Of a DNA stretch of 64,000 bases, positions 38,700 to 52,700 are shown in pieces. Positions within the stretch are counted from its first letter, which is position 1, and each line of letters opens with the position of its first letter. A model generated the notes under the pieces. The model was not told the origin of the DNA. It saw only the letters and a list, made by a program, of their open reading frames with translations, and made no database searches. This DNA comes from Dicyema japonicum (lineage: Eukaryota > Animalia > Dicyemida): positions 1,348,133 through 1,412,132 of the forward strand of contig RDEW01000003.1 of the NCBI GenBank assembly GCA_011109175.1, read 5' to 3'. The translations under genes and the position numbers were made by a program.

Positions 38700-39010
38700 A
38701 GAATATACTTCCCCTAAAGCTTCTTACGTTCAATGCTAGTGGAATATCCAAGCCTCAGTCAAGAAATACTCTTGTGATGACCTAGAAAAATATAACGTTT
38801 TTATTGGCTGTATGCAAGAGACGAAAATAACGTACTATTTCGATGAAAACTATGGAAAATATCGACTAATGTGCCTACCCAGTGACTAACACTATGGTCC
38901 TGGAATCGCCATTCACAGAAAACTATCATCTGACATAATCGCATTTGGAAGATTAATGATAGGATCTGCATAATAAAGATTTATCTGCACAACCAATGTT
39001 CCCCTAAAAA
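38700..39010 (+). mobile_element. APE endonuclease N-terminal relic
   Basis: LKLLTFNASGI...DDLEKYNVFIGCMQETK...HYGPGIAI. Confidence 0.6.
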
Positions 39011-41789
39011 TACACTAACAATTGAATGTATATCACCACACACAATGGGTTTGATTTTGAATTATTTCTGACATGTCAACTCACTTTTATCCGTCTTCGA
39101 TTCCTTTGAAATTCCCCAGATTTGTTTGGACAACCCATCGGACTGATATAAAATGTATTTTATATTTATTAGCCATCCATAGCTCACGTGAGCGTAAATT
39201 AATTCTATCATCATCCGACGACAAAATCAGTTTTTTTTCGGGCCAGATTCTGTCTAATTTATAGAGTTGTGTAAATTAGATAATTTTAGTGTATTTACGG
39301 AATCCTCTATTTCACCCATTGGAGGGATTTAAAGTAGAATGTTTTATCAATTCAGCTTAAAAACATCAAAACGATTTTTTCAAAGGAAGAGAACTCAGAT
39401 GTACTTGTTTTTGGGATGCTTTTCCAACTTTTAGAGCTATTTACTAACGTTATCACAAGCATTAATGCATTTAGAGGATTTGAACACCAAAATTCAAATT
39501 AATATGAAACTAACAGTTTGATATCAAAAATAAAATTTAGAAATTCCAGGAAGGTTTTTTTGTGACGGCTGATTCGTTCTGGCTTCTGCAGGGACAAGGT
39601 GCTCTTTTCTAGTGAAATTGGGTATCTTCGTCATGAAAACAGGTTCATCTACAGATAACAATTGAAATCTACCGTTGGGAGGTACTTAATGTTAATGGAT
39701 GTGACGAATTAGAAGTACTAGGTTAGGTTCCATCCTACCCACGTGGAGGATGGGGTGGTGATATTCTTATCTGAAGTTCACTTGGACGATACAAGAGTAA
39801 TAAAGCAGGGGAAACAGCTTAGATGTGTTCTACGTTGGACAGGCTATTTTCTGGATATTCGAATCATCCGCCAGTTCTATTTGTTTTGTGTTGTAATTTC
39901 ATTGAAGTGTACCTTTCTACCCTGGATTTTGAAAAACTAAAAAGTGTGTATGGGTTATTTTGAGAACATTTTGACGAGTTTGGTGCCTTACTAATAAAAC
40001 ACAGAAAGATTCTCTGAACCTCCACTTTCTTGGTTGGCACCGGTCTATCTGATTCCATTTTTTGAGACATTCTTCTACTGCTTGGTGTATTCTTATTCAG
40101 ACCCTTGATTCCTGATGCAATAACTGAAGGTTTGAGATCTGTGAGTCCTTCCGTGATATTATTCTTCTTGAATCCTTGCCAAATTTGACTGTTTTCGTAT
40201 TTAATTGTGGTTTGTTATTCTGATGAGGTCTGCAAAATGTCACGGGCTTCAGTTTCCTAACGGAAAAGTGGATCCTCGACCTCGAATGTACTTTCTGTTG
40301 AAATTATTGATGGTGACGACAATACTATCACAATACCACGTGAATCCTATTACCCCATACATTTCTCCCATTTATTGGGGATTTGCTAACTTTTGTATTT
40401 GTATCCACATCCTGATCTATTTGTTTTAACAAATGGGGGATGCAATAATTTTTGTGTCAATACTAGTGAAGATGGCACAATTGTCATGAATCCTGTAGTT
40501 TTGATGGATCGCTTTGTTGGGATTTTATTGTAGCATTGTATTCTCGTTTAAAGTTTTTGACTGTGCTTATTATAGTATTGAAAATAGTAAAATTGTTTAA
40601 TTTTCTTTTTTGTAGATAAAATTATATTCATTTTTATGCTTAAAATATTGAATTCGTTGTTTNACAATTGTCATGAATCCTGTAGTTTTGATGGATCACT
40701 TTGTTGGGATTTTATTGTAGCATTGTATTCTCGTTTAAAGTTTTTGACTGCTTATTATAGTATTGAATATAGTAAAATTGTTTAATTTTCTTTTTTGTAG
40801 ATAAAATTATATTCATTTTTATGCTTAAAAAATTGAATTCGTTGTTTTTTAATCGATATACTTTTTAAAATTAAAAACATTTATTTCGACCGAAGAAATT
40901 AAAACTAACAAAAATGGACCTTGTGACATAATCAACACAGATCAACTGGAAAAGCCACTGAGAGTCACATGCTTAGAAAAATCTTTTAGACACAACGTGA
41001 ATTACCATTTAGATTGCCGATTTTGAAAAATGGTGATTATTCAATAATCTACAGCCAATCACTTAGTATTTTTAATCTACCTGATCGAAAAATACCATTT
41101 CGTTGTGACTTCATCAAATCCTACGAGGCAATAGCTACATTACCTGTCTCATGAGACGACATTCAAAAATGATATATCACCTTCCTACTTTACCAGAGGG
41201 GTTTTAACAATGGTAGATATGGATGGACTTGATTCCTGGAAAGGATGTGTATCAGTTGGACAGTTGTTTGTAGAGTTTGACAACAGAGAGATAATGATAG
41301 CAGATGATCTTATGCAATATTCTGTACGTATGAAAAAAATCTTGCACTAAGTCATCATACTTAATTTTTTAACAAAGAGTGACTTATTTGGGATTCCAAC
41401 AATTTTTTTGCCTCATCATACTGGAATTGATTGAAATAATTTGACTCCCACAGAAACCCAAAAGGGAGATCTTCAAAAAAACGTATCAGAATATTGGTCT
41501 CACACTATTGAGGACAAACTCTCAAATAAACCTTAAAGCAACGATCAACGTTTGCATTTAGTCTAGTGCCCTACCACACACACTTTGGGAGTTTAATAAA
41601 TCTTTATTTATTAAAAAAACAGATCGTTAAAATTATTGATACAAATTACAGTAAAAATGTAAATTGCCAAAAATTCAACATTTTGAGCACAATTTCGTAG
41701 GTTTAAAAGAAAGTTTACTATAACGGCTTAATCCACAATTAGGGGAGACTTCATCATTTTTTATTTATTTTCTCTACAAGCAGACCATG

Positions 41790-42400
41790 ATTATCGTTAA
41801 TCCCAGAATCAAGAAGATTAACGTTTTAGGCAGAGGACTTATTATCTTTCAAATATTTAAGCAATAGCTAAAAATCAAAAATTTCAAAATATTAAACCAA
41901 TAGCTAAGATAAACAGATACTTTAACCTTCGCACTGAACTCCGTTACCTCAGACGAAGTCTTGTCACAACAGAATTCGTCCTATCTTCTCAGATGACCTG
42001 AAATTGCCGTAACCTGATCTTGAAAGTTTCATTTTTTGAATTTTCAGTATAAAATTTGATTTCGCCGATCTCTTTAATCTCCTTCCTTTCATCATAAAAT
42101 GATGCAATCGAATAACTCAAATTGTGTGTCAATTTATTTCCAAAAATACGATTGCACGTGTTAGCGACTTGAAGAATTAAGAAAGAAAAATTTCAACAAG
42201 TCTTTTCCACAAAATATAGACCAACTTTCGATTATCCACGTTGTCTTTGTTAGTGTAAAGGACTTTCCGGGTTTATTCAAAAAGCCTGATGGCATTCTCT
42301 TAATCTCTTTTGATGGGAAGAAAGAAAGCGACTAACTAATGACATAGTCTTTCATCGTCTAACGATTTCATGTGTGAAAGAAAAGACCTTGAATTTGCGA
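41790..42400 (-). pseudogene. Possible further LAMP-like membrane protein relic
   Basis: Minus frames read SFTLTKTTWIIESW...EIGEIKFYTENSKNETFKIRLRQFQVI and a downstream hydrophobic TLIFLILGLTIIMVCL; stops present. Confidence 0.3.
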
Positions 42401-45269
42401 AATATTCAAGTTGTGAGTGTTAGTAGGATATTATTTCTCGTATGAACTTTAATTAAAACATGTTGAGATTTTCGACTATTGAATATAAACTGGATAATTT
42501 TTCGTACGGAGAGTGAGTATTTGTTTCTAGTAACATATTAATAAGTAATTATTTTCAAATACAATTAATTCAATTATCTTAATTTTTAACAATCCGAAAA
42601 ACCTTTATTCAATTTATAATTTGTCTATCAAAAACTTACTTTTGGTAACTTCTGATGATATCAGATCTTAGAGTCGAGGGTTCTATCCAAATGATGACTT
42701 TCTGGCACAAGATAATAGTTGAAACTGATCTTCCTACCTTTTCCCTGATCAAATCCAGTAGTGAAGATTACATTATGAAAACTCATCCGTCGAAAAATTA
42801 AGTGATTTCCGCGGCGGTAGGACCGGTGTTGAAAATGCATAAGGGCAAACCTATTTTTCAACTTTTTCTATAGCGGAAGATTTTGATTTACTCGAAGGAT
42901 TTCCTTTCTTTTCTTAATTCATAGAGGCGTCATTGGATCCACCTACTGCTTGGTTGTCAAAGCTAATTACAACAGAATGATACCATTGCGATACCTAGTC
43001 TTTGATGCTCAGTGCCTATTCATAGAGGCATTATTGGATCCACATACTGCTTGGCTGTCAAAGCTAATTACAACAGAATGATACCACTACGATACCTAGT
43101 CTTTGATGCTCAGTGCCCTACTGTTATCCAAAAAAGGATTTTTTTCTTCTAGATTCCCGTGGAGGGGTATCCACAATGGCGCATACTTTAAGATGATACG
43201 TATTACTTTGATTGTGGGAACTAGATAAATACTACTTCATGTATATCGGAGTTATTAAAATTCTTTTAGGGTTGAGGATTTCCAATTCATAGCCATCAAT
43301 ATTCTAGAGAAGTTTTCAAACTCTCTCCTTAGAGGTTTCAGCAAAGATGATAAATAAAAGATGATTTGGGACATCCAGTTATCTCACTAAACACATATTA
43401 TGGATTTTTTGCACTAAAAGCTGGAATTAAATTGAGGTTGGCAGACGTGACCACTAAAAACTTACATAGTTTTAAATGGAGAATGCAGATTTTGTCTATT
43501 CCTTATATATGTATTTGATGAGGTTTTCTTCATCAGTGTTGCTGATTATAACATGATTTCCACGAAATGAATGTATGTTTTTAGTTTACGGAATTGGTAA
43601 CAATTGTTCACGTTAATTTAACTCAATTTTGCGTATTGGTTCATAATATATTTGCCTAAAATGAGGGCGGGAAATGACTCCATCAATACCGAAGCGTTGA
43701 TTGTTACCGCTCTGTTTTTTGTCTTCTGAATGTTATGTAGTGTCTCCAGAATTTCTTCGGTCTGTCGATAGTCGATTTGGATAGTTTAGCGACAGGGATT
43801 CATGACTTCTTTAGTTAGTTTTTGAATGAATTATTTTTATTATTAGGGAAAATGGATTTGGATTCTTGACCTTTAGTGAGTAATTTTTGTCGGTGGTGAA
43901 AATTACTTTGTTGATGAACTTCACCAAGGGATCAAGCGATTTTATGCTCTCAACAGTTACAGTTTTTTCGCCTAAACAAACTCTCATTTGCCACGTTTGT
44001 AGTTTGTTATGGTTTCGGGCGTGAGATATTTGACTTATTGAATTATGGACAAATAGGAGGTCGTGTATGACTTTCTAAGATATTGTCGATGAGTATGACG
44101 GGGAAGATAAAACGAGATCAGTGGATTGTCACTCTCTTAGACTTGCTTGAGTGTAAGAGTTTTTTACCAATTATTTTGGCCACTTAGCCAAAGCGAATCT
44201 AACTCAAAATTATCACATTGTGAATCGTTTGTAGCTAGCCAATTTTGAAGTTGAAAAGAGGCTATGCATGTTCTCAACTTCATTTTATTTTTGTTATGTG
44301 TCAGTCCGCGTAGATAATCCGTGACGTCGTCACTCGTCAAACCCAAAGGCATCATCGATGAGTGGAATCCTTATTGGGAATAAACAGCAGCTAAATTAGA
44401 ATCAAAAACCTTCTGGACTTTGACACTACGTCATCTCGGATTCTTGTTAAATTAAAAAATATAATCATTCAAAATAAATAAAAGAAACTTATAAATATTT
44501 GATGAATTATTTAATTAAAATTTTATAGTTAAAAAATAAATTTTATTTAAAAATATAAGAGTCTTTGTTTGATGATGACACACCAAATTTATAAAAATTC
44601 CAATAAAAAAAATCATATTAATCAGAATATATTAGTCACTGAAGTACCATATACTTAAATGCAAGTAATTGGAGGTGTATTACTGGCTCTCTGTTGTAGA
44701 GTCTTTGTTTGATGATGTCTTTACACACCAAATTTATAAAAATTCCAATAAAAAAAATCATATTAATCAGAATATATCAGTCACTGAAGTACCATATACT
44801 TAAATGCAAGTAATTGAAGGTGTATTACTGGCTCTCTGTTGTGCCTACGAGAAGGCAAACTTTACAAGTTTCAATCCTATGTAAATTTCAGACTACTCCA
44901 AAGAGATTCTATCCAAATTTTCTCAGAAGGAGCAACTATTGGCCAAAAACGTAGTTGATTTATTGACTGCTGCCAAACTTCCTAATGTTGTGTTTTTATG
45001 ACTTTAGGAATCCATTTTATTCCTTAAGAACTGTTCAATGTATTCTAAAGCACAGACACACTACTTCAAGTCATTTACGGACGAGACTAGTGGCCACTAT
45101 TTTCTCAGAGTCGCCAGATTAAGTGTAAAAAGTTTACTAAAATCAGATTGCTGCCAAACTAAGCTGCCAGACAAAGTTTTTGGATGAGAATTTATACAAC
45201 GAATGTCATACAAAGTCAAAGAAGGAGAATGACTTTATCTATCAAACCGTTGAGCCTCCAGATACATCA

Positions 45270-45790
45270 GAAAGATTACAAGAATACCTTTAAAGATTTA
45301 AATTTGGATAAATTATAACCGGCTTGATATATCAACTGAAAATCTTCTTCGACGTTATTTACTTCAGACAAACGACTTGGACAAATGACAGTGGATATAT
45401 TTATCAAAAATCCTTTCACGAAGAAACTGACAATCTTGGGGATCACCATCGACACACACATGTCTTTTTCACCTCACGTCGACGCTGTCTCTGGAAGCTA
45501 CTCAAGATAAACTAGGGATAATCCAAACTATTTTCGGTGGCATTAAAATCTCTTTTCCAGCTTTGAAATTGTTGTACAAACAATTTATTGAGCCTTCTGT
45601 CAGCTATGCCTGTACGTCATAGGAATCATTTTGTCTTGGACGATGAAACAAAGAATCCAGGACATTCAGGCCTTAACAGCCACTACTATTTGTAATCTCG
45701 GGATACTAAAAAAACTAGTACCCTCATCACTTGAAGACCTATCCGACAAAATGAAAGGGGATTTGCTACCCTGTGCAAGCAGTGCAATTC
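45270..45790 (+). mobile_element. LINE post-RT relic
   Basis: LKLLYKQFIEPSVSYACTS*, homologous to IYKQYIEPCFLYECASW at about 21.55 kb. Confidence 0.55.
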
Positions 45791-45799
45791 TCAACAATA

Positions 45800-46540
45800 C
45801 ACAGCCACGACGTGTCTTATTAGAAGGGTATACATCACCCCTCTCCAATTCCTATTCCCGAAACTCGCATATACGGCGCCTCGCATGTACGGACTGTGAC
45901 ATTTAATAAAGATTTTTGACAGAAAATAATTTTTACAACGAGAAAAAATATTAATTTGCTTTCCACTACAAACTTTTGGTATGTGGATGGTACTTTTAAG
46001 TCTGTTCCATATTGTTTGATCAATTATATACGATTCATGGACTAAAGAAGAATGATGTACTACCACTTACATTTTAATATTAACAGAACGGAAGAAAGCT
46101 ATAAAAAAGTTTTATTCAAAATCATTGGGCCATCGTTATCACTGAGGAATTATCACTGATTTCGAAAAAGCAGCTATAAATGGATCTAATATTATATTTC
46201 CTGATGCTACTACGAAGGGCTGTTTCTTTCATTTGTCCCAATCCATATTTAAATGCATCCAATAACAGAGATTACAATTATTATATCAGAGAGATTCAGA
46301 ATTCGCTTTGAAACTGCGCATGATTGCGACGCTCGCATTTGTCCCACATTACATGTTGTTATTATTTGAACATTTGTGCGATTACAATAGTTTCCTGAAA
46401 AAGCAAATCTGTACTGGATTATGTAGAAATATTTGGATATGACGTCTCGATAGCCGTCAAGTTTGTCGTTGTCCACGTTTTGCCCATGAATTGTGGAATT
46501 GTTTTGAAGCAGCGAGAGTTGAGATGATAACACCAATAAT
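45800..46540 (+). mobile_element. Mutator (MULE) DDE transposase relic
   Basis: VDGTFKSVP, IITDFEKAAIN...FPDATTKGCFFHLSQSI, RDSEFALKLRMIATLAFVP, ELWNCF; no TIRs recognised. Confidence 0.9.
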
Positions 46541-47579
46541 TGAAAGAATAAATCTAACCCAACTAGGATGATAATTCCGAATAGTTTTCCTGATCTTCAC
46601 CCAAAGGGACATGAAGTATGTTTGTCCTTGATTACATAATCGTTTTCATGAATGAATGTTTTCTTAATGGAGAGTTAAATTGTTAACAAATGTGAGACAA
46701 TGAACATCCATGTTAGACACTGCAAGTTGACAGCAAGTATTTTAGTTTTTTACTTTCCATGAGAGGTGCCATGCACGTAGTCTAAAAATATTTTGACTTT
46801 ATATACCCAAATTACTTTACTATCAATATATTCGATTGGACATTTTGGTAGATACGTCGAAATAATAAAACAGATTACTTTTGATTACAACAAGGAGGAA
46901 GTAACACCAAATATCGACCTTCTAATATTTTCGAAGGGTTTATTGGCTTTCCAATGAGAAATGAATATCATGAAATATTAATTTTCCACCGAGTGATAGT
47001 ACCAAAAATATAAAATTGTTTACAAAAAATTTCTGAACTTCTAATATTTTCGAAGGGTTTATTGGCTTTCCAATGAGAAATGAATATCATGAAATATTAA
47101 TTTTCCACCGAGTGATAGTACCAAAAATATAAAATTGTTTACAAAAAATTTTTTCAAGCAGGTGAACAAATGAAAAAACAAGAAATTTTAGGTGTGATGT
47201 GGAAGATATAAACCAGGTAACAGCGTTATTTTGAAACATGATATAATGACAATCTCCAAAAAGAAGATGTTGTTATCGGACCACATTGACTTATTAGACA
47301 AACAATAAAGTCGACATTAGTCAAATTTCTTCATAATTCAAAGCACATAAAGAATTGATGAATAAAAGATCTATTATATAAAAGTTTGAAACATTGCATT
47401 TTCAATAATGAAGAAATAATAATAAATACAGTAAATGAAAAGCTACAACGAACGACCACAAGAGGAGATGATAACGTGTATAATATACTTGATGAATGGT
47501 GGTTGACCATTTAAAAAAATAATTTTTGATTAATATAATTAAGAAAGAGAATTTATTTTTAAAATTATTAATAACTAGG

Positions 47580-48900
47580 ACAACAAAATAACGAAGGCGT
47601 TACTTCTGATAATCGCCCTCTGGCTCAACCAGAGCTTCTCCCGAAGTCACACCTTTTTGAGGCGAGTTCGCTTCCAATACTGAAGAGAAAGGCATCCTTC
47701 CTCGTTTCCACGGTTTCAATTGTCTCCACAGCAATGGGGGTGAAATGGTATTGCTCTCCGAGGGATTCTTATTTACGGATCTTCTTGAACTCTGCCTGGT
47801 CGGCTTCGTCTCCAAGAGAGTGCGTCGACGTCAGCGATCTGGACCCTGAGAAGGTTTGTACACACGTTGCGTCATAGACGAGTGATTTTCAGAAAAGTAT
47901 GGGAATAATATCATGTCATGCCATCCAGCCTCTTCCCTTCGCCTCTATCTAACCCCAAAGGTTTCAATTGGGTCAGTAATCCCGGTGCCTTGAGTGCTCG
48001 AGAAAGGATGTCATTGAATGCTGCGTGACGCGGGGCTCTACGAGCACTTCCTCGGCAAGTAGTGATGTAAGTTTTTCGCATCAATGTCCCAGCCGCAACG
48101 GCATTTTGTTCTCCGACATATGTCCACTACTAGGTGCAGTGCCACTGTTTTCGTCAAGGAGGGTCTCAGATGTGAGCACGGATGGGGCTCGAACCAGACT
48201 ACATTTCCGCGATGTGCGGCCGACTTAATGCTTGCTAGTCGGTGTTGGCTGGCGCATGTCTTCGCGGCCACGAGTCCCAACTCTTCTAGTAAGCAAAGTT
48301 CGGCGATAATTCCAAGTTTAACTCTCCACACAACTTACTAACTCTATCAAGATCCGAGTCAAAGGTATATCCGTTTCGTAACTTAAGACTTCTTGGGCCA
48401 CGCGATGCTGCTCGCAAGGAATGAACAGTAGGCCATAGAGGGTCTCCCTGCTGAACGCCTGTGGGTGAATAAACGATATCGTTTCCGTAAACTAAGGCTG
48501 AGTCCGTACCATACGAAGTGTACTTGTCGGCCAATCTCTGAAGCTCTCTTTCGACAGGTTTTCAAAATACAGTCTCTCCTCACCGAGTTGAAGGCATTTG
48601 AATGATTGTTGTTGAAGTAACTCCTCACGGAGTGGACTGCAACTGATCACTCCACCCCAAGTTGAGTCGGGAAGACCTCTTCAGCATATTGTGGGAGAGT
48701 GTCCAGGCAGCAATTTTAGCAGCAAGCTTTCGAAAGTATGTACTGATCGCAATTGGGCGGATACCTCCATCTGCTTTTCGGAATGCCAATAGATGTCCAC
48801 AAAAAATAATATCTCAAGCAAATTTTGAAGTATCACCATTAACTATAGACGTTATCAAGTCCAGCTTCAGCAGTAGCTTCGGAGGATAAATCCTTNTATA
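47580..48900 (-). mobile_element. CRE-clade retrotransposon relic (RT, zinc knuckle and RLE)
   Basis: RKADGGIRPIAI, NAFNSVRRD, GVQQGDPL, CRCGWDIDAKNLH, HAAFNDILSRALK...LGLDRGEGKRLDG, YHFTPIAVET; internally deleted and frameshifted. Confidence 0.85.
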
Positions 48901-49888
48901 GTAACTTACCTTCGATTAGTTTTTTTTTAATAGTCTTTGATCTCTATACGAGTCTTTTCTCCCTGTCTTGAATTCAAAATAACTGTTGCACGCGTCAGAA
49001 ATAAAAATAGAAGAAAATGTAGCTAAGAAAGAAGTTTCAAGAAGATCAATATTTTTTAAAATAATATAAGTAATCAAAATTTACTAAAGATATACAAAGC
49101 GTTCATAGTTCTTAAGCTACCAGAAAGATACTCGAATTTGAATTTGTCAAAATTTTCGTGTTTCATTGGGGACTACAGCAATAGATTATCAAAGCCATAG
49201 GGGAGGAAAACTTTTATAAAAAATTTATCTTTTTACAAAGTTAAAAACCATCGAAGATAATTTTTAAAGATTGGTGAAACTCATTAAACGTGGATTATGT
49301 TTTGGAGATTTTATTCTCTCACTACTACGTTATGGATACTTTTGCGTGTAAAATTAATTGAAAATATAATGTTTGGCTATGAATCAGCCACCTTAACGAG
49401 GACCTAATATGAAAATTTAATTACGAAAATACAATAAATTCTAAAAAAATAAATAGTAAAAATTATTCGAAAAGCCGAGGGTAAAACCCAACAAGCTAAT
49501 TGATATTAATACGCTCCAGAGATTCTAAAAGTCGTTTTGAGGTAACGAAATTGTTTCCCGGGGAAAGAATAGTAAGAGATTTGTAAATGCCGGCCAAACA
49601 TTTGGCGTCTCTTTCGAAAGGTGGATCCAATGAAGTTATCAGAAAAAAAGAAGCTAAATTTTTAACCAATTAGCAAATAGCACCACATGGCACAACGTGG
49701 CTTCATTGTAAATGACGCTATAGAGAGTGCATCATGGAATACGACTTTTTTGATTACTGAATTATGAAAATAGATTATTATAATTATAAAAATTAATATA
49801 AATATCATTTTTTAATTATTAAAAATAAATTAATATATATAACAAGTGACCTAAATTATACACATCGACGTGTTCATTTTACATATTT

Positions 49889-51063
49889 ATGTTATTGTTA
49901 ATGTTTTTGCACTCAATCACGAATTTCGACTTTGAACATAAAATGTTAGTAAATTTTAAAAGTTTATTGAAAAGTACTGTTACAAATGTATTTTATAAAT
50001 AATAATGGTAGACAAACGATAATTTAATTAACACGATTTCCCACTTTTTTTATGGTGAAATGCCGTATACAATCAAAATGAATAATTTGATCTACCAATT
50101 TTTTATTGATTTCTCAGACGAATTTTACAACATCTCAATAAAAATAAAATTAAAATCTAGTATTTAACAGTTAACTCATAAAGATAATGAAACCTATACA
50201 AATACAACATATCTTCCGAATATTAAACAAGGAGATTATTACAGATGCGGATATACATCCGTAAATTTTGAGAATGGTAATACTCTCACATTATATTCTT
50301 TGGAGATAGAATTTTACACTAATCAATCATATTCAGGTTTTATTGGAAAAGGTTTTATTTAATTTTATTCAGCACATGACTGTGATCCATCTAACAATCC
50401 AAATGTTAGAAATTGGTATTTTATTGAGAAAAATCGATTGAAAGCTATATTAAGTGGGCATTTTAAAATCACATTTTTTCATAATCGTAATGTTAAAATA
50501 GTAAATTGTATATTATTATATTAGATTAATGATTTAATAGTTTTTTTCTACTATTTGAAAACAAAGATTAATTTTAATAACAATAGTGTTGAGTTAACTC
50601 TTAAGTGGAGGAGATCTTATGAAATACATTTGACATTTATTTTGTCTCAAGACAAATATTATATGTCTAAAATTCAGTTAATCATCAATAAAATCTATAA
50701 TGGGTCTTGGAGCTCTACTAATTCCAAATTGATTGATGTTGGAAATTCTTGTAAATTCGAATTGTCTCTCACTAAATTTTCTGATGACATATATGCTGAG
50801 TTTTCACCATTTAAGGTACAAATTCTTCGGGATGATTCTAAATTCAGTTTTACTGGAAAAGGTTTGATTTTTCCTAAATTTTAGAGTCGCAGTGTTTTGA
50901 AAAAGTAACTCATGGAAAAAATACAAATTCTAATGATTCAAAAAATTTTCTAATTATAGGAATTATGTTTTCTTTTCTAACACTTATAATCATCGGACTC
51001 ATCACATTTGTTATTAAATCCCGAAATTTGATAAGACCAATGGAATATACTCTTGTTAATTAA
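49889..51063 (+). CDS. LAMP-like type I membrane glycoprotein gene A, copy 2 (near intact; one in-frame TAA near 50165)
   Basis: MLLLMFLHSIT signal; ...YYRCGYTSVNFENGNTLTLYSLEIEFY...FIGKAHDCD; second domain ...NSCKFELSL...EFSPFKVQILRDDSKFSFTGKESQCFE; TM FLIIGIMFSFLTLIIIGLITFVI; tail KSRNLIRPMEYTLVN* with YxxPhi (YTLV); several NxS/T sites; introns of 21, 24 and 23 nt. Confidence 0.65.
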
Positions 51064-52700
51064 CTGCTTTTAATTTTTCTCGTTGTTTTTTCTATTTTAG
51101 TTACTCCCAAGTACGTTAATAATAATTTCGTAAATTATCCTCTTTCAAGTAGCTCTTTTTTTGTTTTCTCTCTTGAGTAGTCAAGGTATTCTGCATTTTC
51201 AACTCTTTTTCTGATATCGTGATTATGGGATACCCGCAGACAGGATCACAGTTTTTCTATTCTCTCTGGAAAATATGATTCAATGTGGCATCTGCATACA
51301 CCTTTTTGTATTCAAAATTATGAGATTCCCCCTTGAATGCTTAGGAGACATAGCTAGTATCCGAGAACTAAAATAACCAAATACGACCGCATCTGATCAG
51401 AATTCATCAGTAGACCGTTGTCGCCGAGATGAGTAAAGTCATAGGTCCTTAGAAGATATGTTTTTAAGTTCTCTAGAGTAAATGAACTCGAAATAGGGTA
51501 ATCTTTATATTAATTGTAACAATCGATTTTGCGTTATAATTAGCTTGAATTTATCATATATTTTTTTAACTCCTTATCACTTTTTCTTATTCGCGTTGAG
51601 CGATCTAATTCTGTCTATCAGAATAATGACAGCTACTGGTCAAAAATGAATTTTCCATCGAGACATACGTATTTTTTCACCTTTAGGGTCTCACCCTTCT
51701 CCAAAGCAGAGACTGGGTTAGTTCTGTCATAACAAGGTTGGAAGGAGAGAGGCAATCCACACAGGTGGTTTCGCATTGATTGTCAACACAATCGACTAAT
51801 ATGATAGAAAAACAAATCCATTCATTTATTCCACAAGTATACATAATATGAAATTAATTAGACATTTAGTGGAATAGCAGCCCGACCAATTATCAAATTG
51901 AATAACTTGTCCTATCCAATTTAAAAACTCAAAAACACAAAAATTTATTAATAATGCGTTAACGATTTGTGTATGAATTCATTTTATGCTGCTTATATAA
52001 TGAATGTCTGTATATTTTGTTAATGCTGGCTTTAATTTTTATATTTATTTTACTTTCAAAATTTTCTCCAAGTACTATTTATTTTATTGTTAGATCATAA
52101 TGTTGTTGATGGAACATATGATGAAATAATCCACGATCTCAACTTTTATAGTTCATCAAATCTATCCGTCAGAAGTAAACGAGCCAAAAACATATTTAGC
52201 AGAAATGAAATAATAACTTAATAACAAACCCAAATATTACTTTAAACTTCAAAACAAGAATAGTGAAAACTTGGTCATACACCGGCTTTCTTGACTGCCT
52301 AGCTATTCCCTTTCAGGATGGATAGAGCGAATGCTGGTCTCTTCCATAGATCGGTCAGTCTTTGTCTGGTGATACTCCGGATGTCCTTGGAATAGAGGAT
52401 TTTGAATAGTCGATTGGAGGAAAGGGCCTGCGTAATATTTTATTATCATCGAGTCTAGAGATGGTTATCGTAGAAACAAAATCGTGTATCTGTTCAAACG
52501 TCCACTGTCTATGAGGCTAAAAGAGATTGATGATAGCATTCAAAACAGGTCCCAAGATGTCCTAATTTTTTTGTGTTTGGATTTGCTTAGAGGAATCGAA
52601 AATATAATAATTACTATTAATTTAATATTAAGATATTTTTAATGTATTTATTAAATATATAATTATAACCTCTGTTTAATAAATTTATGTTAACCTATAA

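Noticed and set aside
39560-40430. Short ORFs on both strands (39743-39940, 39864-40070, 40205-40429)
   Set aside because: No recognisable motif or consistent spliced frame.
40479-40847. About 185-bp tandem duplication around the n at 40663
   Set aside because: Duplicated flanks on either side of a single n are typical of overlapping contig ends joined by a scaffolder.
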